From: Cyanophora paradoxa CCMP329
Lineage: Eukaryota; Plantae; Glaucophyta
DNA: 64,000 bases
Direction: 5' to 3'
Assembly: GCA_004431415.1 (NCBI GenBank)
Contig: QPMI01000093.1
Location: 62,001-126,000 of the forward strand
How positions within the stretch are numbered: position 1 is the stretch's first letter; each line of letters begins with the position of its first letter. A program made the translations under genes and the position numbers. This document shows, in pieces, positions 1 to 10,120 of the stretch. The notes beneath the pieces were generated by a model. It was not told the DNA's origin. It saw only the letters and a program-made list of their open reading frames with translations, and did no database searches.

Positions 1-48
1 GTCATACTTTACTGACTGGGTCCGTCTTTTGTATTCTGATCTGTCGGG

Positions 49-2901
49 ATGATCCATATTAATGGCTGGACAACGCCTCGGTTTCCCATCCGGTGCGGAG
101 TCCGGCAGGGTGGTCCTCTATCGCCATATCTATATAATTTGTGTGCGCATCTATTAATCATGTTAATCGATACTGAACCCCGTATACGCGGGGTGCAAAT
201 TTCTGGGCGGTCCATATGCAAGGTCCTCCAGTTTGCTGATGATACTGTTCCCCTTATTGCCTCCTTTGCGGAATTCCCCATTTGGGACGCTCTCATTAAG
301 AAATTTCAACGGTTAACAGGGGCGAAAATTAATCTCGAAAAATCGCATATACTACCCATGCACTCAAATTTATCTCTTCCACCTGATTGTCCTTTTGAGC
401 GTATGAAGGTTGATCCTTCTGAGATTTCCGCAGATGCCAAGATCGCCAAATATCTCGGGTTCCCTCTGGAGCTAGTGCATGACCGGTTTTGGAATAAAAA
501 GACTGCTGCTCTCGTTCTGCGCGCACAGTCAGTTAACCGGAATCGGATGCCTCTACGCTCTGGTGTTTTACTTGCGTGGGCTGCTATTGTGGGATCACTA
601 CATTATCCGCTGTATATTTTAGAACCGGGAGGTGATCGTTATAAAGCTTGGAGTAATTTAATCCGCAACTTTTCGGGTGTACGCGGCTCCGTATCTACAT
701 ATGTTACGGCGCTTCCGTTTAAAGACGGTGGATTAAATTGCCCAGATATTGTTACGTTTTCGCTGGCTTTAAAATCTAAATGGCTTGCCTTCCTTAACGA
801 CCCGGCCTGTTCAGCTCCTTGGAAGGAATATATTCAATACCAAATAGACCGTCAGTTGGCTCCATTCTCTTATGCTAATGTCATTTTGGGGCTTGATGTG
901 TCTGCCATCTTGCCAAGATTGCATTTGCCACCGCTTTGGCAGATGCTGTTTGAGGCGTGGCGAGATCGTCAAGCCGTTGCATCTCCTACAACCGTGCATC
1001 AAATTTTGACCCAGCCTATTTTTCTTAATCCTTTATATGTTCTTCCTAGTGACATTGCAGCACAGACACATACTGAGTTTGCGAGAGCCGGTGTACAGCG
1101 CGTCGCTGACATTTGGGATGTACAGTTGCACCGATTTCGTGCTCCCCCTGCAATGCTAGTTGATTATACTGCTGCCTTTGATCAAATTTGTCGTGCCCTG
1201 CCATCCAGTTGGCTTACAACGCTTACTGCTAATGCCGTACTGGAACGTTTCTTATGGTATAAATCGAAAGATGATAAATATGTGTATCTGAGGGGTCCCT
1301 CGGGCTTTTTTGTGGCCTTCCCTCTTTTTGAAGGTGAGATTGTCCCACGGGTGTTGGATTTCGTCCCGTGGCCCCGTGGCCGCCCTCCAGATCCGCTCTT
1401 GTACCCTGGCGTACCAGCTGGCCTCTTGCCGCTTCATGTGCTCTCCTCCCAGTATTTTATTTCTTTGCGCAGAGGTTCGCGTCCAATTCTGGTTTCGCTT
1501 GGCACGGGTTCGACAGCTACGCTTTCCTACAGCAATTTTGCTTTCACATTCGATAAGATGCTCACGCTTCAGGGCTTTTCTGTTCGGCGCTTTTACCAGC
1601 TCGAGGTACAGCGACTGTGGCGGGTGCGGAGTAGGGCTAAGATGCCTTCAGAACACTGGGGTCTGGATCTCCCTCTTAATCGCGTGTCTCAGCTCGTCGC
1701 CCTTCGTGCCTTTCCTATGCTGTGGCTCGATGTCCTCTTCCGTCTCCGATATAAGGCTTTCCCATCTTTACAACGGCCGCCGGTCGCGGCTATTTTCTGC
1801 CGCGCTTGTAATGATGGGCAGCATCGTTCAGTGCGGCACGTTTTCTTTGATTGCCCTGTGGTGCAGGGTTTTTGGCGGGCCATGCATGCTGAGCTCACAT
1901 CCTTAGCAGAGGCTTTGCCCGAGGACGTGCAGCCCTCTTTACCATTGCCTCCTATTACGTTCTCCGCTATTCTAGATCCACAAGTTCCCGGTGTTGCGGG
2001 GACATTGATCACATCTTCTGTGGATGCCGATTTCTGTGTTCGGTATCTCGGTTATATTTTGGCGGGCATTTACGCAATTTTTCAGCTGTCCCGTGCATAT
2101 CTCTCACCCGATAATTTACTTGCTGAGCGGGTACCAGTGTACTCCGTTAATGCTCTGCTAAACCTGTGGAAACGTTTTCTGGATATTCTCGAGATTACGT
2201 TGCCTCCTGCTGTCGAGCGCATTGAGCTTCTTCGTTTACGGCATTTAGGGGAGGGCTCTGATTACGATGGTTCAAACCCTGAGTCACGTGACCGCCCTAG
2301 CCCCCTCAATCTATTTTTGATGCGAGCTTCTTTTCTGTGCGCGGAGCTATCCCTCTACAGCGCTCGGGCCCCCAGCAGTCGCGGTCCCGGGCCCCCTGCA
2401 GTCGCTACCCCTAGGCCTGCTGCTACAGTTAATGGCGTCGGCGTGAATCCTCAAGTTCAGCACATTGCGAGGCCATCTGCTAGCGCTGATACAGCTTCGG
2501 TCCCGGCTCCCTCGAGTTCTCGTTTGAGCTCGTCTGCCGATGCTAGCGCTAGCGCCGCTTCTGCCTCCACATTAATATGCCCTATTTGTGGGAAGAACTT
2601 TCAGTCTTCTGCTGATCGTGACCGTCATGTTCGGGCTGATAAACATCCTGCTAACGCCCGTGGCGTTCGCCGACCTCGAACCCCCTCTAGTTCAGAGAAT
2701 CCTCCAGATCCTGTGCCTCCTGCCCAGCGCCCCCGCCTCCAGTCTCCGGATCCGGCACCCCCAGTGCTTGCTCCAGCTCCTGCAGCTGCGGCTACATATG
2801 CCGAGCCCCGTCAGCCTGTTCCGACTTTGCGACGGATTCGCTCCCTGCACCCTCACCGTCGCCACCTGCTCAGCGGCTCCGTACTTCCCTGCCCCCCCTA
2901 G
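49..2901 (+). CDS. LINE ORF2 reverse transcriptase (N-terminally truncated by window edge) with CCHC zinc knuckle and an extra C-terminal C2H2 zinc finger
   Basis: 950-aa open frame. RT motifs as above, CRACNDGQHRSVRHVFFDC, and LICPICGKNFQSSADRDRHVRADKH. Confidence 0.92.
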   Translation: MIHINGWTTPRFPIRCGVRQGGPLSPYLYNLCAHLLIMLIDTEPRIRGVQISGRSICKVLQFADDTVPLIASFAEFPIWDALIKKFQRLTGAKINLEKSHILPMHSNLSLPPDCPFERMKVDPSEISADAKIAKYLGFPLELVHDRFWNKKTAALVLRAQSVNRNRMPLRSGVLLAWAAIVGSLHYPLYILEPGGDRYKAWSNLIRNFSGVRGSVSTYVTALPFKDGGLNCPDIVTFSLALKSKWLAFLNDPACSAPWKEYIQYQIDRQLAPFSYANVILGLDVSAILPRLHLPPLWQMLFEAWRDRQAVASPTTVHQILTQPIFLNPLYVLPSDIAAQTHTEFARAGVQRVADIWDVQLHRFRAPPAMLVDYTAAFDQICRALPSSWLTTLTANAVLERFLWYKSKDDKYVYLRGPSGFFVAFPLFEGEIVPRVLDFVPWPRGRPPDPLLYPGVPAGLLPLHVLSSQYFISLRRGSRPILVSLGTGSTATLSYSNFAFTFDKMLTLQGFSVRRFYQLEVQRLWRVRSRAKMPSEHWGLDLPLNRVSQLVALRAFPMLWLDVLFRLRYKAFPSLQRPPVAAIFCRACNDGQHRSVRHVFFDCPVVQGFWRAMHAELTSLAEALPEDVQPSLPLPPITFSAILDPQVPGVAGTLITSSVDADFCVRYLGYILAGIYAIFQLSRAYLSPDNLLAERVPVYSVNALLNLWKRFLDILEITLPPAVERIELLRLRHLGEGSDYDGSNPESRDRPSPLNLFLMRASFLCAELSLYSARAPSSRGPGPPAVATPRPAATVNGVGVNPQVQHIARPSASADTASVPAPSSSRLSSSADASASAASASTLICPICGKNFQSSADRDRHVRADKHPANARGVRRPRTPSSSENPPDPVPPAQRPRLQSPDPAPPVLAPAPAAAATYAEPRQPVPTLRRIRSLHPHRRHLLSGSVLPCPP

Positions 2902-3083
2902 TCCTTCTCTGATACCTTCCGTTTCACGAATCCGCCGCCCCCGGTCTCCGTCGAATTCAACCTTGCCTCCGATGCCGATCCGTCCCCTGTCCATGTGTCT
3001 CGGCGCCTGCGGCTTTCCTCTCCTGTACCTTCGGCTTCCCCTCTGGCTGTCCCGCCAGATCCACCTCGCCCGCCGGTTCCTGC

Positions 3084-3956
3084 ATGGCCCCTTTGATTCA
3101 TGATAGTCTTGTATCAATCTTCGCTTCACCTCAACTTAGTTTACCCTCAGTTGTTTTGCCGTCACCTCCATCAGATGCTTCATCGATGTTAGTTAGGAGC
3201 ACTGGCCCCCTCCACCTTCCAGTTCCTCGTGTATTCCATGCCTTCCCTGTACCTTTGATTCCGTTCCCTTTGTCGTTAGCTCTGCCTCTTCCTCCTCCAT
3301 CTCTCACTGTTAGCCCTCAGGCAGTTCCGCCTCTTTATCTTCAGCGACCGTCAGACCGTATAGTTTTTGGCAGCGAGTATTTTGTGTATGGTGACGTTCC
3401 TCGTGTGTACCCTTCTCTCTCTTCTACTTCGCTATATTTGCCTCTCCCGCCTGGTTCAGCCCCATCGTCTGCCTTCCCTGTCACTACTGGCTTGCGTTTC
3501 GCCCCTCCTCTTATACTGCCGATTCCGAGTCTGCACCCGAGCTCTGCCCCTTTCCTCGTGTCGTCCCCAGTTCCTCAGATTAGTCTTCAGCCGTCCATTG
3601 TTTTACCAACTCTACAATCTCGATTCCGTTTAGACACTCCGCCAGCTTCGACTTTCCCCTCTAGTGGTGTCCTACGTTTCGCCTCTCCTACTGTTCTACC
3701 GCCTTTGCCTCCTGCGACTACGTCTTCTAGTTCTGCTGTTAGCTCTGTCTTGTCGTCTTCGTCTAGATCTTCGTCTTCGACTGTAGTTCCTCGTGCTCGT
3801 TCTCCTTATTTGCTGCGTCCCCGTGCTCCTCGTCGTTCTAGTGTGACTAGTACTTCTGCATCGACGCCCTTGAGCTCTTCTACTCCTTCTCCTCGTGCTC
3901 GTTCTCCTTATCTTTTGCGTTCTTCTGATCGTGTCCCTTCTCGTGATCCCTCTTGA
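3084..3956 (+). CDS. Pro/Ser-rich downstream ORF in the LINE 3' region, with a duplicated PRARSPYLLR motif
   Basis: 290-aa ORF between the ORF2 stop and the poly(A). The two motif copies use different synonymous codons. Confidence 0.45.
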   Translation: MAPLIHDSLVSIFASPQLSLPSVVLPSPPSDASSMLVRSTGPLHLPVPRVFHAFPVPLIPFPLSLALPLPPPSLTVSPQAVPPLYLQRPSDRIVFGSEYFVYGDVPRVYPSLSSTSLYLPLPPGSAPSSAFPVTTGLRFAPPLILPIPSLHPSSAPFLVSSPVPQISLQPSIVLPTLQSRFRLDTPPASTFPSSGVLRFASPTVLPPLPPATTSSSSAVSSVLSSSSRSSSSTVVPRARSPYLLRPRAPRRSSVTSTSASTPLSSSTPSPRARSPYLLRSSDRVPSRDPS

Positions 3957-4028
3957 TTCTGTATATATTTTGTGCTAGTTTACTGTATCTTTGATTTGTG
4001 ATTGCTTTGTTGTCTTTAATATCACTAC

Positions 4029-4053
4029 CTACGGGGGGTTCGCCCCACCGTAG
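4029..4053 (+). other. LINE 3'-terminal stem-loop with TTCG (UUCG) tetraloop
   Basis: ctacgg-gggg-ttcg-cccc-a-ccgtag lies 6 nt before the poly(A). Its mirror copy is at ~4141-4165. Confidence 0.75.
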
Positions 4054-4122
4054 TCTCTCAAAAAAAAAATCTTTTAAATTTATAATTAGATCTTTATAAA
4101 AAATTAAGATCATTTTTTAAGC

Positions 4123-7100
4123 TTTTTTTTTTTTGAGAGACTACGGTGGGGCGAACCCCCCGTAGGTAGTGATATTAAAGACAACAAAGCAATCACAAAT
4201 CAAAGATACAGTAAACTAGCACAAAATATATACAGAATCAAGAGGGATCACGAGAAGGGACACGATCAGAAGAACGCAAAAGATAAGGAGAACGAGCACG
4301 AGGAGAAGGAGTAGAAGAGCTCAAGGGCGTCGATGCAGAAGTACTAGTCACACTAGAACGACGAGGAGCACGGGGACGCAGCAAATAAGGAGAACGAGCA
4401 CGAGGAACTACAGTCGAAGACGAAGATCTAGACGAAGACGACAAGACAGAGCTAACAGCAGAACTAGAAGACGTAGTCGCAGGAGGCAAAGGCGGTAGAA
4501 CAGTAGGAGAGGCGAAACGTAGGACACCACTAGAGGGGAAAGTCGAAGCTGGCGGAGTGTCTAAACGGAATCGAGATTGTAGAGTTGGTAAAACAATGGA
4601 CGGCTGAAGACTAATCTGAGGAACTGGGGACGACACGAGGAAAGGGCAGAGCTCGGTGCAGACTCGGAATCGGCAGTATAAGAGGAGGGGCGAAACGCAA
4701 GCCAGTAGTGACAGGGAAGGCAGACGATGGGCTGAACCAGGCGGGAGAGGCAAATATAGCGAAGTAGAAGAGAGAGAAGGGTACACACGAGGAACGTCAC
4801 CATACACAAAATACTCGCTGCCAAAAACTATACGGTCTGACGGTCGCTGAAGATAAAGAGGCGGAACTGCCTGAGGGCTAACAGTGAGAGATGGAGGAGG
4901 AAGAGGCAGAGCTAACGACAAAGGGAACGGAATCAAAGGTACAGGGAAGGCATGGAATACACGAGGAACTGGAAGGTGGAGGGGCCAGTGCTCCTAACTA
5001 ACATCGATGAAGCATCTGATGGAGGTGACGGCAAAACAACTGAGGGTAAACTAAGTTGAGGTGAAGCGAAGATTGATACAAGACTATCATGAATCAAAGG
5101 GGGCCATGCAGGAACCGGCGGGCGAGGTGGATCTGGCGGGACAGCCAGAGGGAAGCCGAAGGTACAGGAGAGGAAAGCCGCAGGCGCCGAGACACATGGA
5201 CAGGGGACGGATCGGCATCGGGAGGCAAGGTTGAATTCGACGGAGACCGGGGGCGGCGGATTCGTGAAACGGAAGGTATCAGAGAAGGACTAGGGGGGGC
5301 AGGGAAGTACGGAGCCGCTGAGCAGGTGGCGACGGTGAGGGTGCAGGGGAGCGAATCCGTCGCAAAGTCGGAACAGGCTGACGGGCTCGGCATATGTAGC
5401 CGCAGCTGCAGGAGCTGGAGCAAGCACTGGGGGTGCCGGATCCGGAGACTGGAGCGGGGGCGCTGGGCAGGAGGCACAGGATCTGGAGGATTCTCTGAAC
5501 TAGAGGGGGTTCGAGGTCGGCGAACGCCACGGGCGTTAGCAGGATGTTTATCAGCCCGAACATGACGGTCACGATCAGCAGAAGACTGAAAGTTCTTCCC
5601 ACAAATAGGGCATATTAATGTGGAGGCAGAAGCGGCGCTAGCGCTAGCATCGGCAGACGAGCTCAAACGAGAACTCGAGGGAGCCGGGACCGAAGCTGTA
5701 TCAGCGCTAGCAGATGGCCTCGCAATGTGCTGAACTTGAGGATTCACGCCGACGCCATTAACTGTAGCAGCAGGCCTAGGGTAGCGACTGCAGGGGGCCC
5801 GGGACCGCGACTGCTGGGGGCCCGAGCGCTGTAGAGGGATAGCTCCGCGCACAGAAAAGAAGCTCGCATCAAAAATAGATTGAGGGGGCTAGGGCGGTCA
5901 CGTGACTCAGGGTTTGAACCATCGTAATCAGAGCCCTCCCCTAAATGCCGTAAACGAAGAAGCTCAATGCGCTCGACAGCAGGAGGCAACGTAATCTCGA
6001 GAATATCCAGAAAACGTTTCCACAGGTTTAGCAGAGCATTAACGGAGTACACTGGTACCCGCTCAGCAAGTAAATTATCGGGTGAGAGATATGCACGGGA
6101 CAGCTGAAAAATTGCGTAAATGCCCGCCAAAATATAACCGAGATACCGAACACAGAAATCGGCATCCACAGAAGATGTGATCAATGTCCCCGCAACACCG
6201 GAACTTGTGGATCTAGAATAGCGGAGAACGTAATAGGAGGCAATGGTAAAGAGGGCTGCACGTCCTCGGGCAAAGCCTCTGCTAAGGATGTGAGCTCAGC
6301 ATGCATGGCCCGCCAAAAACCCTGCACCACAGGGCAATCAAAGAAAACGTGCCGCACTGAACGATGCTGCCCATCATTACAAGCGCGGCAGAAAATAGCC
6401 GCGACCGGCGGCCGTTGTAAAGATGGGAAAGCCTTATATCGGAGACGGAAGAGGACATCGAGCCACAGCATAGGAAAGGCACGAAGGGCGACGAGCTGAG
6501 ACACGCGATTAAGAGGGAGATCCAGACCCCAGTGTTCTGAAGGCATCTTAGCCCTACTCCGCACCCGCCACAGTCGCTGTACCTCGAGCTGGTAAAAGCG
6601 CCGAACAGAAAAGCCCTGAAGCGTGAGCATCTTATCGAATGTGAAAGCAAAATTGCTGTAGGAAAGCGTAGCTGTCGAACCCGTGCCAAGCGAAACCAGA
6701 ATTGGACGCGAACCTCTGCGCAAAGAAATAAAATACTGGGAGGAGAGCACATGAAGCGGCAAGAGGCCAGCTGGTACGCCAGGGTACAAGAGCGGATCTG
6801 GAGGGCGGCCACGGGCCACGGACGAAATCCAACACCCGTGGGACAATCTCACCTTCAAAAAGAGGGAAGGCCACAAAAAAGCCCGAGGGACCCCTCAGAT
6901 ACACATATTTATCATCTTTCGATTTATACCATAAGAAACGTTCCGGTACGGCATTAGCAGTAAGCGTTGTAAGCCAACTGGATGGCAGGGCACGACAAAT
7001 TTGATCAAAGGCAGCAGTATAATCAACTAGCATTGCAGGGGAGCACGAAATCGGTGCAACTGTACATCCCAAATGTCAGCGACGCGCTGTACACCGGCTC

Positions 7101-9370
7101 TCGCAAACTCAGTATGTGTCTGTGCTGCAATGTCACTAGGAAGAACATATAAAGGATTAAGAAAAATAGGCTGGGTCAAAATTTGATGCACGGTTGTAGG
7201 AGATGCAACGGCTTGACGATCTCGCCACGCCTCAAACAGCATCTGCCAAAGCGGTGGCAAATGCAATCTTGGCAAGATGGCAGACACATCAAGCCCCAAA
7301 ATGACATTAGCATAAGAGAATGGAGCCAACTGACGGTCTATTTGGTATTGAATATATTCCTTCCAAGGAGCTGAACAGGCCGGGTCGTTAAGGAAGGCAA
7401 GCCATTTAGATTTTAAAGCCAGCGAAAACGTAACAATATCTGGGCAATTTAATCCACCGTCTTTAAACGGAAGCGCCGTAACATATGTAGATACGGAGCC
7501 GCGTACACCCGAAAAGTTGCGGATTAAATTACTCCAAGCTTTATAACGATCACCTCCCGGTTCTAAAATATACAGCGGATAATGTAGTGATCCCACAATA
7601 GCAGCCCACGCAAGTAAAACACCAGAGCGTAGAGGCATCCGATTCCGGTTAACTGACTGTGCGCGCAGAACGAGAGCAGCAGTCTTTTTATTCCAAAACC
7701 GGTCATGCACTAGCTCCAGAGGGAACCCGAGATATTTGGCGATCTTGGCATCTGCGGAAATCTCAGAAGGATCAACCTTCATACGCTCAAAAGGACAATC
7801 AGGTGGAAGAGATAAATTTGAGTGCATGGGTAGTATATGCGATTTTTCGAGATTAATTTTCGCCCCTGTTAACCGTTGAAATTTCTTAATGAGAGCGTCC
7901 CAAATGGGGAATTCCGCAAAGGAGGCAATAAGGGGAACAGTATCATCAGCAAACTGGAGGACCTTGCATATGGACCGCCCAGAAATTTGCACCCCGCGTA
8001 TACGGGGTTCAGTATCGATTAACATGATTAATAGATGCGCACACAAATTATATAGATATGGCGATAGAGGACCACCCTGCCGGACTCCGCACCGGATGGG
8101 AAACCGAGGCGTTGTCCAGCCATTAATATGGATCATCCCCGACAGATCAGAATACAAAAGACGGACCCAGTCAGTAAAGTATGACCCAAATCCATATTGA
8201 TTCAAGGTCCAGAAAAGAAACTCCCAATTCACCCGATCATAGGCTTTGGAGAAATCAAGGAACCCCAAACAAAGTTCCTCGAGATCGGGATTATCCCCCT
8301 CATAATACATCAATAAATATACGAGCATAAATTGATGCACCGCAGAACGTTTGGTGATAAAACCCGACTGATATTTTGATATTAAGCGGGGCATGATAGG
8401 GGTCAAGCGGTTAGATAATGCCCGCTCGACTGCTCGCTCCTCTACATTCGATAGAGCGATAGGCCGACGGTTAGTGACCAAAGTCGCATCCGTACCAGGT
8501 TTCGGAATTGGGACAATGAGGATATCTCGTAGCGAGCCAGGGCCGCCTTCCGATTATGCATAGCCTTAAGGTATTCCATAAAATCTGGACCAATGTCGCC
8601 CCAGAAAGTACTATAAAATTCAGGTACTAAACCATCAAGTCCAGGGGATTTTCTAAGCCCAGATATATCCTTAAACGATTGCAACAATTCATAGGCGGCC
8701 AGTGGGGTATCGAGATCCACGGCCTCCCGCGGAATGAGTTTATAAGGCGCATACAGTGACGCACATTCAGCCCGTTCATCACGATGCGCCGCCACCACAC
8801 TTTGAGCTTGCTGACCATCGTATAAATCAGCGAAATGAGCTGCCGACAACGTCATAAGCACAAAGGATTATCAGAAGCATAAGAGGGATCCGGGGTGTTG
8901 GCCGGCCGGAGTTTATTCTCACATCCGGTCTCCTGCTCAGCAGTTCCGAAATAATGAGTGAAAAACTCCCGCCTCGATGTGGCCTCGTTCTGACTTGAGA
9001 ATAGCGAGTCAGCTTGAACGGCAGCCCTACACACTTGAGGCATGCGCTCCCGCAGCTCTCTATAAAGAGCAGAGCGGCCACTCAAGAAACTGTCCCGTAA
9101 GATCTCGCCCTGCGAATAGGCGGTGATGAGACGTTCGAGACGTTTCATGGCAGACCAGTAAGCCGACTTATTCTTGCGCCGCTCAGTCGACTCCCACGCA
9201 GAGAGAGCAGTCTGTAGATACCGTTTAAGAGCTTCGAAGCGAAGAATAGAATCGGATGCAGGCGAAGGCCACTCAGCACGCCACATCTGAAAAACCTTCC
9301 GAATTTCAGCGAGATACGCTGGGTTCTTCCCATAAAGGTCCCATCGCATCTTCTGTGCATGTTTGCTTCT
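4123..9370 (-). mobile_element. L1/Tx1-like LINE, copy 2 (inverted, 5'-truncated, frameshifted)
   Basis: T12 at 4123-4134. 4123-8185 is the reverse complement of 1-4069. It extends further 5' with RPIALSN, QSGF, FLDFSKAYDRV, KSPGLDGL and the post-endonuclease region. Several 1-bp indels split ORF2 (ORFs at 7027-8481, 8442-8861, 8852-9349). Confidence 0.93.
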
Positions 9371-10120
9371 AGCCGCGTATATATACTATGATACGTAGTA
9401 GATCTAGATCTGCTCATGATCGAGGTCATGATCAGCGGCTGTACCTGTCACGTGCACAACGCGCCCCCTCAGCTGCAGGCTCCCCGGGCCTAACCTATAG
9501 CTAGCTGGGCCTGGCAGCAGTGGTTAGCCCCCGCAGTGCTGGCCCAGTGATGAACTCATCAGGAACAAATCATTGAATTCCGACTCAACTCGATTACTCC
9601 TTCACAAGAGCAATCTCTGGTCATCTGATCTCTGGTCTGGTCATCTTTTTGACTACAAACAAGGCGATTGGAGACAGCGATTTTTTGTTGTGAGTGGAAG
9701 GAGAGGACTAAGCTGTTGTTAGTTTGATCAGAATTTGAACATCACCCGATTCGTGAATTATTCGCTGGATGTGGATGCCCCACGCCTTCAATGCATAGTC
9801 GAGCAATGTCGCTGTACTTGGATCGTAGGCGATCATCCGGCGCCGCTCGCACTCACCTATCTGTAAGGCGCAGAAACGCTTTTAGATGGGACTCTCAATC
9901 ATGCGCGATTCTTAAAGCTCACCACGCAGATCCGTTTAAGGTAGGAGACGTCGACGTCGTTCAGCGATTTGTGATCGATGAATCCCCAGCCAGATAGGAT
10001 CAGCGCCAGGGCTCGGCTGAGTGTGTGAAGCTCCGCTCGAACCGGTACCCCGGCGCTGGCATCCCTGCAAAGTCGAGTAAATATGACGATGGGATTCAGA
10101 GACGCACAGATGCCATAATA

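Larger units (their letters stand above)
1..4069 (+). mobile_element. L1/Tx1-like non-LTR retrotransposon (LINE), copy 1, 5' part outside window
   Basis: RT motifs GVRQGGPLSPYLY, LQFADD, KYLG and GGL; CCHC knuckle CRAC..H...C; 3' stem-loop and A10 tail at 4060-4069. Confidence 0.95.
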
